A program made the position numbers and the translations under genes. A DNA stretch of 60,274 bases from a virus, in the IMG/VR virus record IMGVR_UViG_3300045988_172523; one strand, given 5' to 3'. This document shows positions 10,301 to 18,593 of this stretch, one piece after another (the stretch's first letter is position 1; every line of letters begins with the position of its first letter). The notes beneath the pieces are model-generated. The model was not told the origin of the DNA. It saw only the letters and a program-made list of their open reading frames with translations, and did not search any database.

Positions 10301-10999
10301 ATATCAAAGGAAACAGGAGAACTTACCCAAAGCGAAAGTCTTATTAATAAGACCATTAAAGATATTAATGACGATTTTGTCAAACGTAATTTCGCAGGAG
10401 TTATCCGCAGTATCGAACTCAGGCCTTTGCCGAGTAACGACAAGCTTATGCAGCTTCTTATAGAAATAAAGAATTTTAATGATGAGAACACCTTCAACAT
10501 GGGTGGAATGGACTTATTCTCACAGGATTCGCGCGAGAACGTGAATCTCAGGGCTGTAAAATATCTTAATGCTTTCAGCAAACTGCTAAAGGATGAGCCT
10601 TCCAGAAAGAGTCTTGTCGTTTCTGATACCTTTAATCTGCAGTTCCGCATTATCGAAAATGATAACGACACAGGCTGGGTAGAGAAAATAGCGAATGTAG
10701 GTTCCGATGGTACAGACATACTGGTTAAGGCTATGGTGAACATCATGCTTATCAATGTTTTCAAGGAAAAAGTCTCAAGGAAATTCGGAGATTTCAAGGT
10801 ACATTGTATGATGGATGAAATCGGTAAGTTGCATCCTAATAATGTGAAAGGCATACTTGAATTTGCCAATTGTCGCAACATATTACTTATCAACAGTTCG
10901 CCTACCACTTATAATGTTGAGGATTATAAATATACTTATCTGTTAAGCAAAGATGCGAAAAGCAATACAAGGGTAGTGTCATTGCTTACACGGAAATAA
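7337..10999 (+). CDS. jetC: Wadjet JetC-like SMC/MukB-family ATPase (1220 aa)
   Basis: N-terminal Walker A GTQGVGKST, a roughly 700-aa charged coiled-coil middle, a C-terminal signature-like GSDGT and Walker B HCMMDEIG. Confidence 0.7.
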   Translation: MRYLNKIIFLNSAHVPYAEVKLDGNVHFIGTQGVGKSTLLRAVLFFYNADKLRLGIPKEKKNFDSFYLPFANSYIVYEVMRENGAYTIVVTKSMGRAAFRFIDAPYSKEWFVDGKNEVSADWSVIRTRVSESGANVSSLVTGYDMFRDIIFGNNRKPDLLQFRKYAIVESSRYQNIPRTIQNVFLNSKLDADFIKDTIIQSMDDNEFVVDLSYYRNQIETFEQEYSDVMLWIKQDKNGVVPVRKQADIVIKGYRMLLFAEKQIKNGRQQLNYSERVARLKFPELEELLLQLKEEAERFTRLLGEEKYKFDSERDKLVKLSGIVESDLKKIREKRKYYEQEHIDEVISRVNREPALKYELESLNKVYNELTSTYRDVISKYSLMEQGIDADLARFENEINKRVLCLKDELGKRISELTKKSNSQTEEIRSVYEEKLKTLADSKEQLLEEISNLKQQKTRVECTVHFKEEIGDCEERLRNISSEEKDTAVKVDRLKLECDRLRQKSDAETMVVEKEYDAKIDEILRCRKQVDTEIESLNVLINNSKGSFCEWLDKNRSGWQESIGKIADEKLILYNQNLSPELSTDGESSFYGVKINLAEVQRELRSPEQLKAEFKAKSSERDEYTRKISLLNEEKTKRTEEIKNKYRKQISAISGERHLLEIQLQQYPLQIKNIKAEQASWERKESEWKRNRIEEIETFIGGKEKERQKCCNNEELLKQEREKRILQISDEQRKAEKKERSAVDVEIQAVHKELSDRRMDMDNRKKELHKLQNEELNGKGADTSVINSYKSKIDTIKSELDYISQKQSFVWNYEKDKRELFDREPELRDNKKNNEMHLDELEEKYALRKNKLTGQYETVKNSIKEKTAERDAIKNDFSVLENFRKDEGFCPPESYTPEELPTNKPCGKIVEELKSLIVSLGKDTENFKKSINLFNSNFTARNTFSFPQSLSCDSDYMDFASNLCEFVENNKIIEYQNRISERYVNIIRRISKETGELTQSESLINKTIKDINDDFVKRNFAGVIRSIELRPLPSNDKLMQLLIEIKNFNDENTFNMGGMDLFSQDSRENVNLRAVKYLNAFSKLLKDEPSRKSLVVSDTFNLQFRIIENDNDTGWVEKIANVGSDGTDILVKAMVNIMLINVFKEKVSRKFGDFKVHCMMDEIGKLHPNNVKGILEFANCRNILLINSSPTTYNVEDYKYTYLLSKDAKSNTRVVSLLTRK

Positions 11000-11001
11000 A
11001 A

Positions 11002-11895
11002 ATGTCTTGTAATAATATGGATATAAACAAAAAACGATTTACAATATCTATTGCGAAAAAGTTGCTTTATATACTTGAAGGAAGAACTCTTCCTTCAAGC
11101 TCACTTCCGCGATGGATAGTTGATGAATTTAGGATAGAGGGTCTTATAACCGGAATAACCAGTGGCAGCAGAATTTCCTATCGCCTTACGGATTCTGTGG
11201 CATTCAGCAGATATATTTCAGATAATTATACATCCGGCACTTCTCTCGAAAGATGGATTGAAATCTTTTCTGGCGATAACAAAGACTTGCAGCGCAGTAC
11301 GCTTGTGCAGGAAACCGGCGACTCCAAAACTGTAAAGCTTCGAACTTTCAGGGGTTTTCTTGTCAACTGTTACGAACCTATTCATGCAAGAATAAGGAAT
11401 AGTGAGTTTGTTATATCCCCCCCGGAAGGAAGTGCTGTTTTCATACAAAACCCTGATGAATTTTATATACCGTCAGACGTGATAGTGGTGGGAGTGGAAA
11501 ATGGTGAAAACTTCTGTCGTATACGGAGTCAGAAATATCTGTTTGGAGATAATAAAGTTTTGTTTGTTTCCAGATATCCCCAGTCGGCAGATTTAAGGGA
11601 ATGGCTTATCAAAATTCCTAATAGATATATACATTTCGGAGATTTTGATCTGGCAGGTATATGTATATATCAGTCAGAGTTTTATAAGTTTTTGGGCGAC
11701 AGAGCAGGTTTCCTTATTCCCGAAGATATAGAAGAGAGGTTGAAATCTGGAAATGCGGGACTGTATGATACTCAATATCTTAGATATAAAAATCTGAATA
11801 TTATAGATTCACGTTTGAATGGGTTGGTTGAAATGATTCATCACTATGGTAGGGTGTATGAACAGGAAGGATACATTGAAAATTGTGCATACTAA
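11002..11895 (+). CDS. jetD: Wadjet JetD-like Toprim nuclease subunit (short, 297 aa)
   Basis: Toprim signature: VVGVENGENF (Glu) and HFGDFDLAGICIY (DxD). Starts 3 nt after the ATPase stop. Confidence 0.65.
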   Translation: MSCNNMDINKKRFTISIAKKLLYILEGRTLPSSSLPRWIVDEFRIEGLITGITSGSRISYRLTDSVAFSRYISDNYTSGTSLERWIEIFSGDNKDLQRSTLVQETGDSKTVKLRTFRGFLVNCYEPIHARIRNSEFVISPPEGSAVFIQNPDEFYIPSDVIVVGVENGENFCRIRSQKYLFGDNKVLFVSRYPQSADLREWLIKIPNRYIHFGDFDLAGICIYQSEFYKFLGDRAGFLIPEDIEERLKSGNAGLYDTQYLRYKNLNIIDSRLNGLVEMIHHYGRVYEQEGYIENCAY

Positions 11896-11930
11896 ATAAA
11901 TTGTAAATCAATTTGATTTCTAATAATTCT

Positions 11931-12745
11931 CTATATATTCCGCATCAATGATGCTGATTTTGTTCTGACTATATTGGGATCATATTTCTTTTTCTTCTTA
12001 GGCTTGGGATTCAGATTTTCCGTAAGCTGTATGCCTTTGAGTTCTTTTTCCCTTATCGGTTGAAGTGTATCGAAGATACTCTGATAGACCTTGTCAAAGA
12101 CTGGTGTAACGATAGCGGCCTGCATATCCAGTGCTGCCATGGTACTGAAACGTTCCATATCCGCACGTTTGGGAATCTTTGCTGTAACATACCCATAGTT
12201 GGAGAAGGTATCCCTTGCATTGTCCCAGATAAGCAGTTCGGAACGCTTGCCGATTCTTCCGTCATTCAGATTGGGAATGATGAAGAGTCTGGCTTTCATC
12301 CTTTCACCGACAGCCTTTTTCAGCCGGTCAACAAACATGAGGAAACTGGCCGTTGACGGAACGGTTACCAGGTCATAATGAAATGGAACAATAATGATAT
12401 CCGAGTTGACGAACAAGGGTATCAGCCCTTCCGTTTTCAGACTACCTGGAGAGTCCATAAGCACAACGTCAATTTCAGGATCGTTGTGCAGTTTCTCCAT
12501 AAGGGAAGTTATCATCGCCTTGTCATTGGCTTCGTATGCCCATACCTCGTATGGCATATCCTGTTCGCCGTATTTTCTGATGTCGGCTTTTCGGCACTTC
12601 ATAATGGAGTGCTGAAAGTCGCGTCTATTACCACAACTCTAACGCCCTTTGTCACCAGATAGTTGGCAAAGGTGACGCAAAGGGTAGTCTTTCCTACACC
12701 TCCCTTCTGATTGGCAAATGTCACTATAACCGGAGTCTGTATCAT
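11931..12745 (-). pseudogene. ParA/TraA-like partition ATPase, frameshifted
   Basis: ATG at 12745 gives MIQTPVIVTFANQKGGVGKTTLCVTFANYLV... (Walker A) and stops at 12599. The rest of the protein (MKCRKADIRKY...) continues in another frame as ORF 11931..12602. This is consistent with a 1-nt indel near 12610-12620. Confidence 0.8.
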
Positions 12746-12769
12746 TTCAAGTATTGATTGATTTTGTGA

Positions 12770-12777
12770 CAAATGTA
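12770..12777 (-). promoter_or_regulatory. Candidate -7 box (TACATTTG on minus strand) for the ParA-like gene
   Basis: Match to TAnnTTTG about 25 nt upstream of the ATG at 12745. Confidence 0.35.
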
Positions 12778-13063
12778 TTAACCAAGATTCTCAAGTAAGA
12801 AATGCGCAACACAATTGTGATTTTGGTTATACAAACCGAAATAGTTTGATATTATTTATTGAGTATTATAATTATACTAACTAAAAATGTTACATTAAAG
12901 TATACTTTCTATAATCCCGTCAATTTATAATATCTACAAAGAAACTTGCAAATAGGTATGTTTTCTCTTTAGAAATTACCTCACCATGTAACGTTAAAGA
13001 TTGAAAAAGGAAAGAACAAATTACAAAATCTTTTTATCACGGCAATATACAAATAATAATAGT

Positions 13064-13071
13064 TAAATTTG
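13064..13071 (+). promoter_or_regulatory. Candidate -7 box TAAATTTG upstream of the GHKL-helicase gene
   Basis: Match to TAnnTTTG about 95 nt upstream of the ATG at 13167. Confidence 0.3.
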
Positions 13072-13166
13072 TGGACTCCGCAATAGATAGATAATTAACT
13101 AATATGGAGCTCACAGTAATTATGAGTTTATTAGTGCTAAAATAAAAAATCAAACCAATACTAAAT

Positions 13167-13844
13167 ATGGCATCGCTTACTATAGATCAAATAAAACTAT
13201 TCGAAATACTTCACAACTCTCGTATGGAGGATTTTAAAACTTTCAACAAGAGATCTTACCGTGGTGTATGGAGTAGTATCATAGATAAATACCCAGAATC
13301 TGCACATTTTGTATATGAGTTATTGCAGAATGCAGATGATGCGGAAGCAACGGAAGTATATATAATTTTAAGACAAGACCAAATGCTGTTCAAGCATAAT
13401 GGAAAGAAGCATTTCAATATTACATTAGAAGATGAAGAGCCTGTTGGCGACATTAACTCCATCACAGGTATCGGTGACTCTTCAAAAATAAACACGCAGA
13501 ATAAAATTGGTAAATTTGGTGTTGGATTTAAAGCTGTATTCCAATATACTGATACGCCTGAGATTTACGATGATATTTTCAAATTTAAGATTGAGAACTA
13601 CATAGTACCAACACTTCTGCCATACGACCATCCAGAACGGCAGGAAGGTGAGACCTTGTTTGTGTTTCCTTTTAAGAATGGTGAACAATCCTACCAGGAT
13701 ATTTTGAGACGATTGGAGAATCTTAAGAATCCGATTCTTTTCTTACATAATATTCATCGTATAGTTTGGAGAATTGACAGAATAGAAAATGGTACTGGTA
13801 AAGAAACCAAGTATTCAAAAGAAATAATTGACTCTGAGGTATAA
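13167..13844 (+). pseudogene. 5-prime fragment of a sacsin-like GHKL ATPase / SF1 helicase fusion gene, cut by prophage insertion
   Basis: YELLQNADDAEA and GKFGVGFKAVFQYTD motifs (sacsin/Hsp90-like GHKL). The ORF ends two codons into GC-richer phage DNA. The frame continues at 55859. Confidence 0.8.
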
Positions 13845-13920
13845 TCCGCAAATCCAAATTTCCGCAGAATCCGAAACGAAGCGTTCGATTTTCAGGAAAA
13901 GGGACAAAACGAAGCGTTCA
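13840..13920. repeat. Prophage end (late-gene side) with two ACGAAGCGTT transposase-binding-like motifs (13876..13885, 13909..13918) and TCCGCA(A/G)AATCC x2
   Basis: The same core is found inverted at the other end (55745..55752, 55836..55845). Confidence 0.6.
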
Positions 13921-13942
13921 AAAAAGGAAAGCGCGCAACACT

Positions 13943-13984
13943 CAAAAAGCCGAAACAAAAGTTTTGTAATGACCTCTGTTTCGG
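13943..13984 (-). terminator. Rho-independent terminator (GCCGAAACA ... TGTTTCGGC, T run on minus strand)
   Basis: 9-bp arms at 13948-13956 and 13976-13984, with AAAAA at 13943-13947 on the plus strand. Lies downstream of the methyltransferase gene. Confidence 0.6.
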
Positions 13985-14077
13985 CTTTATAATTTCATAA
14001 AAAATGGCTTTATAACGGCATTAAAATAAGGCTCAAAATTTGGCCTTCTGCTTGAAAAATTGTATCTTTGTTCAGTG

Positions 14078-14938
14078 CTAAGCAGCTGTTTTATGAACTA
14101 ATTTTTCCTGTTTTTTATACAGCATCATGTCTGTATATTCGGCAGAATAATTCATGTGGGCATTGAATTCCTTTTTTGTACAACCCTCAAAAGGATTGCC
14201 AATGGTTCTGTTTGCTCCAATCCATTCACACAGTTCAAGTATGGAGGATTTATTGGATGTGAAATAAACGAAGGAATGCTTTTCGAGTATCTTTAAAACA
14301 TCCAAATAATCAGACAAGCGCCAATACATATTGTACGTACCAACATCAGTGGAAAGATAAGGCGGATCAATTAAAAAGACGACTCCGGGAACATCCTTAT
14401 ATTGGTTGAATACTGCTTTGTAGTCGCATGATACAATTTCAAGCCCTTTTAAGTAGTCAGAAGACTCCGGATAACCGGTCTTGCGAATGTTGTTATAAAG
14501 GACTTCCTTGCGCATTTCGGCTACAGACAATTTATACTTCATGGAGAACATTAGTGAGGATGATAAGGTTATAAAATCCACGTACCCAACATTTAGTTCT
14601 TCTTCCTCGATACGTTTAAAAATGCGTTCTCTAAGTTCCCCTTTAATTGGTTTATGTTTGGGTATCGAATTACCCACCAGCTCCCTAATATCGGCAAGCA
14701 GTTTATTTGTCTGTGGGATATTTTTCAGTCTGAACCGGTAGTTGTCGAAATCATTGTAGACAACAGTAGCATCGGGCTTGCTTCTTTTGGCTATATGCGA
14801 AAGAAGTCCGGAACCGCCAAACAAGTCCACAAACACGGTATCTTCAGGGAACTGTTCCAAAACTTTAATAAACTCTTTAGCAAACATTCTTTTTTGGCCT
14901 ACAAATGGCAGTGGTGCAGATAAATTCATATTCTTCAT
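14078..14938 (-). CDS. N6-adenine DNA methyltransferase (Dam-like, DPPY class)
   Basis: PFVGQKR, FGGSGLL (AdoMet motif I) and LIDPPYL (motif IV). Confidence 0.8.
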   Translation of the reverse strand: MKNMNLSAPLPFVGQKRMFAKEFIKVLEQFPEDTVFVDLFGGSGLLSHIAKRSKPDATVVYNDFDNYRFRLKNIPQTNKLLADIRELVGNSIPKHKPIKGELRERIFKRIEEEELNVGYVDFITLSSSLMFSMKYKLSVAEMRKEVLYNNIRKTGYPESSDYLKGLEIVSCDYKAVFNQYKDVPGVVFLIDPPYLSTDVGTYNMYWRLSDYLDVLKILEKHSFVYFTSNKSSILELCEWIGANRTIGNPFEGCTKKEFNAHMNYSAEYTDMMLYKKQEKLVHKTAA

Positions 14939-15573
14939 ACGTTCAAGTCAAATTTAATGTTTTCAACTCCGGATAACAGTTCCAGAGTCCGGTCAATGTT
15001 ATTTTCATATATATGCACATTTCCAAGGTCAAGGGTTATGGACTTCAGGGGAAGCTCCACCTGCCTTGCCATCAGATAAAGATGATAAATATCAGCCGGA
15101 AGCCCAAGGTTCGCATCAGAACTACGCTGATATGCAGATAGCACCAGTTCTCCCTCATCAATTTGGAACTGCACAAGGCTCAGGCAGGGTGCCTGGTTGC
15201 TTTCCACCCCGGTTTCTCCAAGAAACAGGACATAATTCTTGCTGTTGCGCTTTTCCCGGTTAATCCTGGTTATGAGGGGTGGAAGCTTTTCAAAGTAAGT
15301 TGGATAGCTGTTTACAAGGGTATGGCCGCAATAATCCCACCAGGTAATCCCTGCCTCTTTGTATTTTTCCACATCCCGGACTCCTTGCATAAACAGTTTC
15401 AATTCCTCTTTCAGCTTTTTCCTGGCTATCCCGTGGCTTTCAAATATGTCAAGTAAATCAGCGGGGGTCAGCATGAGCCTTTCGTTTAATAGATACTTGA
15501 TACGGCCTTTCCTATTGGTCTGGATTTTGCCCGTTTGGAGTATCTTGTCTAATGTCTGGTAATACTTATTCAT
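14935..15573 (-). CDS. Thymidylate synthase-family protein (short; possible pyrimidine C5-modifying enzyme)
   Basis: APCLSLVQFQ (catalytic Pro-Cys), AYQRSSDANLGLPADI and LGNVHIYENN match the order of the ThyA core motifs. Start chosen at MNKYYQ (15573) rather than the 15639 in the ORF track. Confidence 0.6.
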   Translation of the reverse strand: MNKYYQTLDKILQTGKIQTNRKGRIKYLLNERLMLTPADLLDIFESHGIARKKLKEELKLFMQGVRDVEKYKEAGITWWDYCGHTLVNSYPTYFEKLPPLITRINREKRNSKNYVLFLGETGVESNQAPCLSLVQFQIDEGELVLSAYQRSSDANLGLPADIYHLYLMARQVELPLKSITLDLGNVHIYENNIDRTLELLSGVENIKFDLNV

Positions 15574-15639
15574 GAGCTTTATTTTTGGTTGTACAAAGGT
15601 AGCTCTACCGGACAACACAAGACATCCCCGGCACATCAA

Positions 15640-15888
15640 TCACACTGCACCGAGCGTGCAGTGCTTTCCAAACCGTTTGATAACATCATACACCTTACGT
15701 TCGCTTACCGAATATTTATTTGCCAAAAACGCCACTGCATAAGTGGTCTTTTCACCTTGTTTTTTCATGACCTCATACTCCGTATATAAGTCTATGAATC
15801 GAAGGTCATCCTGCTTGCCGCCCAAACTTATAAGCATTTCAAGCGGTTCTCTGTTAAATTTAAGTGCTTCAAACAATGTCATATCCAA
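15640..15888 (-). CDS. Small HTH DNA-binding protein
   Basis: C-terminal AFLANKYSVSERKVYDVIKRF resembles an HTH. The gene has its own upstream region after a terminator. Confidence 0.4.
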   Translation of the reverse strand: MDMTLFEALKFNREPLEMLISLGGKQDDLRFIDLYTEYEVMKKQGEKTTYAVAFLANKYSVSERKVYDVIKRFGKHCTLGAV

Positions 15889-15931
15889 TCATTTTTGTAC
15901 TTTTGCAATGCCAATCATTTATTTAATGCGT

Positions 15932-15993
15932 AAAAACGCCACGAGAGTGCGGCAGAGGGCATTGCCCCCGGTCGCGCACTCTCGTGGCGTTTT
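15932..15993 (-). terminator. Strong 15-bp-stem hairpin (CGCCACGAGAGTGCG ... CGCACTCTCGTGGCG) flanked by A5 and T4; bidirectional terminator
   Basis: Arms at 15937-15951 and 15975-15989. Lies after the tail/DGR operon on the minus strand. Confidence 0.7.
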
Positions 15994-16067
15994 GTGTTAA
16001 TAAATGATTGGCGTCTATATTAACAGGCCGGGGGCTTTTTTTATCCCTCCCCCGAAGGGATTGTCAA

Positions 16068-16553
16068 TCACTCAATCCGATATAATTCCAAATTGAACTT
16101 ATCCTTTTTTTCCCAGCCTTCAGCCAGAACCTTCTGGATATACCTTACCGCTTTCGTATAGAAGTCTTTCAACTCATCTAACCGACTAAAAGTATGGTAT
16201 TCGGGCTGTTCATCCGAACCAAACTTGAATGTGACCGGTAGGGTTTCTCCGCCCGTCTGAACAGCCAGATCGTATGCTGCCTTATAGTTGTACTGGTTCT
16301 CCGTGGAAAGCCATACAGGGGCACCATTATAGGCGAATCCGGATAGGATAGCTGCATCAGTCTGGCTGTTATACCAGGACATAACCAATGTGCGGATTTC
16401 CTCATCAGTAGGCTTATGCCCGAACTCCTCTTCCATGTAGGAGGCAGAGCCGTTCTCTTTTTCCTGCACATCCCATCGGATGCGCCATTTGTCTTTAACC
16501 GGGTTCGTGCATTCCATCAGCGAAACCCCGGAACTTCCTTCAACTCTTCTCAT
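16068..16553 (-). CDS. Hypothetical phage protein (DUF4376-like), coupled to the RT gene
   Basis: 4-nt overlap with the RT stop. Resemblance to the DUF4376 phage family is by eye only. Confidence 0.5.
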   Translation of the reverse strand: MRRVEGSSGVSLMECTNPVKDKWRIRWDVQEKENGSASYMEEEFGHKPTDEEIRTLVMSWYNSQTDAAILSGFAYNGAPVWLSTENQYNYKAAYDLAVQTGGETLPVTFKFGSDEQPEYHTFSRLDELKDFYTKAVRYIQKVLAEGWEKKDKFNLELYRIE

Positions 16554-17851
16554 GTAAACACGTATTTGGTTCTACCTTTGCCGAATGTCTCTGTCTTGAT
16601 GGTCGTTTCAAACGGGAAACCATCCGGCATTTCCTTTACTTGTGCGAGAATATTCTTCATTTCCTCGCTGTTGGTGAAGAACTTCTTTGCCTCGCCGTTC
16701 ACTTCGATGGCCACAATACAGCGGTCTTCTCCCTGCTCGGTTTTGATACCGGTCTCAAAGTCCTTCACTACAATGGGTAAGTTTACCAGTTCCCGGATGC
16801 TTACCACCACTCCGGGGAATCGCTTTTTACCGTCTTCCGGCTTGTAAGCGACATTCAAGTCTTTAAAACTTCTCATTTCTTTGCCTGTTAATTTTTTAAA
16901 CAACTTATTACAGTCGGCGTGCTTCGTCATGCCGTAGAAACTGGCAATCAGTTCCCGCCGTCTTTTTCTCGATTTTACCTCGTGCATCTTCCGGGCAAAC
17001 CTCTGTTTGATGCGTTTCCGCAATCTTACATAGTCGGGACGGATAACATAGCCAAGGAAATCAATGCCTTCTTCTACAGGGAACACCCGTTCATTCGGCT
17101 TTATTTCCAAGTCTATTTTTCCCATTTGCCCGTGAACAGCATCACGAATCTTCCACAATTCCGCTTTCGTTTTACCGAGTACCAGTCCGTCATCGCAATA
17201 GCGATAGTAATAACGAACCCCGTACTTATCCTTCAGATAGTGGTCTAAAAATACAGACAGAAGCAGATTTCCTGCCCCTTGTGAACTGCGCAGTCCGAAA
17301 CTGATACCTTCCGGCAGCAGCTTAACAAACCGCTCCAACAAGACCAACAGCCTTTTGTCCTTGAACACCCTCCGGAAGCACCATATAACAAAGTCCTGCC
17401 GCGCATTGTCGTAAAACCTCCGGATGTCAAATTTGTATGCGTAAAGCGTGCCTTCCGGATCTTTTTGCAAATCGGTACGTATGCAGTTCATCAGGTCATG
17501 AGTACCGCGCCTTTTGATGCTTGCACCGGTTGTCCGGATATAACGTTTTTGCAGGTGGCGGTCCACCACATTCATGATGGCAAACACAGCGATGCGGTCT
17601 TTCATGGACAGGATCTGCAAAATACGTTTTTTACCGTATTCTTCAATTTCCCTCTCATGGTAGCCGCCCAGCCGGAATGAGCCGTCCGCAATGGAAGCCG
17701 TCAGTTCGGCGATAATCTTCTCCCTATGGGCAAGCAGGAATCGTCCCTGCCTTGACCTCTTACGATCGGTTCCGCGAAGTACCGAATCGAATGCCTCCGA
17801 CATATTGGAGTATTCGATGATTTCCTCGATAATATATCCTTCCCTGCGCAT
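16550..17851 (-). CDS. DGR-type reverse transcriptase with ~110-aa C-terminal extension
   Basis: KKRILQILSMKDRIAVFAIMNVV (RT motifs 1-2), GLRSSQ (GxxxSQ, DGR hallmark) and YCDDGLVLG (YxDD). The TR lies immediately upstream. Confidence 0.85.
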   Translation of the reverse strand: MRREGYIIEEIIEYSNMSEAFDSVLRGTDRKRSRQGRFLLAHREKIIAELTASIADGSFRLGGYHEREIEEYGKKRILQILSMKDRIAVFAIMNVVDRHLQKRYIRTTGASIKRRGTHDLMNCIRTDLQKDPEGTLYAYKFDIRRFYDNARQDFVIWCFRRVFKDKRLLVLLERFVKLLPEGISFGLRSSQGAGNLLLSVFLDHYLKDKYGVRYYYRYCDDGLVLGKTKAELWKIRDAVHGQMGKIDLEIKPNERVFPVEEGIDFLGYVIRPDYVRLRKRIKQRFARKMHEVKSRKRRRELIASFYGMTKHADCNKLFKKLTGKEMRSFKDLNVAYKPEDGKKRFPGVVVSIRELVNLPIVVKDFETGIKTEQGEDRCIVAIEVNGEAKKFFTNSEEMKNILAQVKEMPDGFPFETTIKTETFGKGRTKYVFT

Positions 17852-18054
17852 AAGCTATTGGTTAATAAACATGGAAGATGAGGGCCTTCCTTTCCCCGGG
17901 TCTGACTTCTTCGAACTGATAACAGCCTACCAAACTCCACCCGACGCGTGATTTTTCAGCTTTCCACCTTTTCTGGTGCTGTTGCTGTGGCTTGCTCCCC
18001 TCGGCACCGCTTCGGGGACACGTCCCCGCTGCTGTACGCCGATTTGTTAGATTT

Positions 18055-18167
18055 CCAGACGCGAGCCGATATTCGCATTCGTATTCGAAGCATCGTTATT
18101 CGCATTCGCATTCGACACACCGCCATTCGCATTCGCATTGTTGTACCCGCGATAGACCACACGGACT
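18055..18167 (-). repeat. DGR template repeat (TR), 113 nt, AAT/AAC-codon rich on the minus strand
   Basis: 113-nt homolog of 18662..18774. Non-coding, between the target gene and the RT. Would read ...YNNANANGGVSNANANNDASNTNANIG... Confidence 0.75.
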
Positions 18168-18227
18168 ATCGGGAAGCTCTACCAATTACAAAGGTACTTA
18201 TTTCAAGGCAAAAGAAATCTATAATGC

Positions 18228-18461
18228 TCAGAAGAATAACCATAACAGAGCAGCAAAAGCACCGCCAAACACGGTTAATCCCCAATCTATCCAGTCCCAA
18301 CAGCCTCCATGCTGCTTGTCCTTCAGTTCCAAGCATGAAGCCGCAACAACGCTTGCATACAGTGATACGCCTGGATTTATTGCCAACAAACCTACAAGGA
18401 ATCCGCCTAACAGATGCTTGCATCGGTTACTCTCTCTCAAAAAATCAATAACTGTTCCCAT
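18228..18461 (-). CDS. Small predicted membrane protein in the position normally occupied by DGR Avd
   Basis: 77 aa with hydrophobic segments (LLGGFLVGLLAI, WGLTVFGGAFAALLWLFF). Lies between the VR and the TR. Confidence 0.45.
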   Translation of the reverse strand: MGTVIDFLRESNRCKHLLGGFLVGLLAINPGVSLYASVVAASCLELKDKQHGGCWDWIDWGLTVFGGAFAALLWLFF

Positions 18462-18593
18462 AATGATGATGTCTTTAATTCTTAAAAAATTCGGCCGGCT
18501 TCGCCGGTATTTGAATACCTTTTAAACGGAATTCGGAAACCATCCGAATCCCGTTCTTTCGTTTTAGTCGCTTCGCTCCACGCTTTTTTGCGC

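Noticed and set aside
11896-11930. AAATCAATTTGATTT palindrome between the convergent jetD-like and ParA-like genes as a terminator
   Set aside because: The stem is short and made only of A/T pairs, so it is too weak to call.
16550-17851. RT as a retron, group II intron or Abi-type defence RT
   Set aside because: A collinear TR/VR pair, the GxxxSQ motif and the location in a tail-fibre module point to a DGR. No intron RNA domains, maturase/En domain or msr-msd-like inverted repeats were seen next to it.
17948-18525. ORFs reading RIRIRSIVIRIRIRH... or SHSYSKHRYSHSHS... across the TR
   Set aside because: These are translations of the AATGCG-rich template repeat in wrong frames or on the wrong strand. 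The same artefact appears over the VR (18482..18769).
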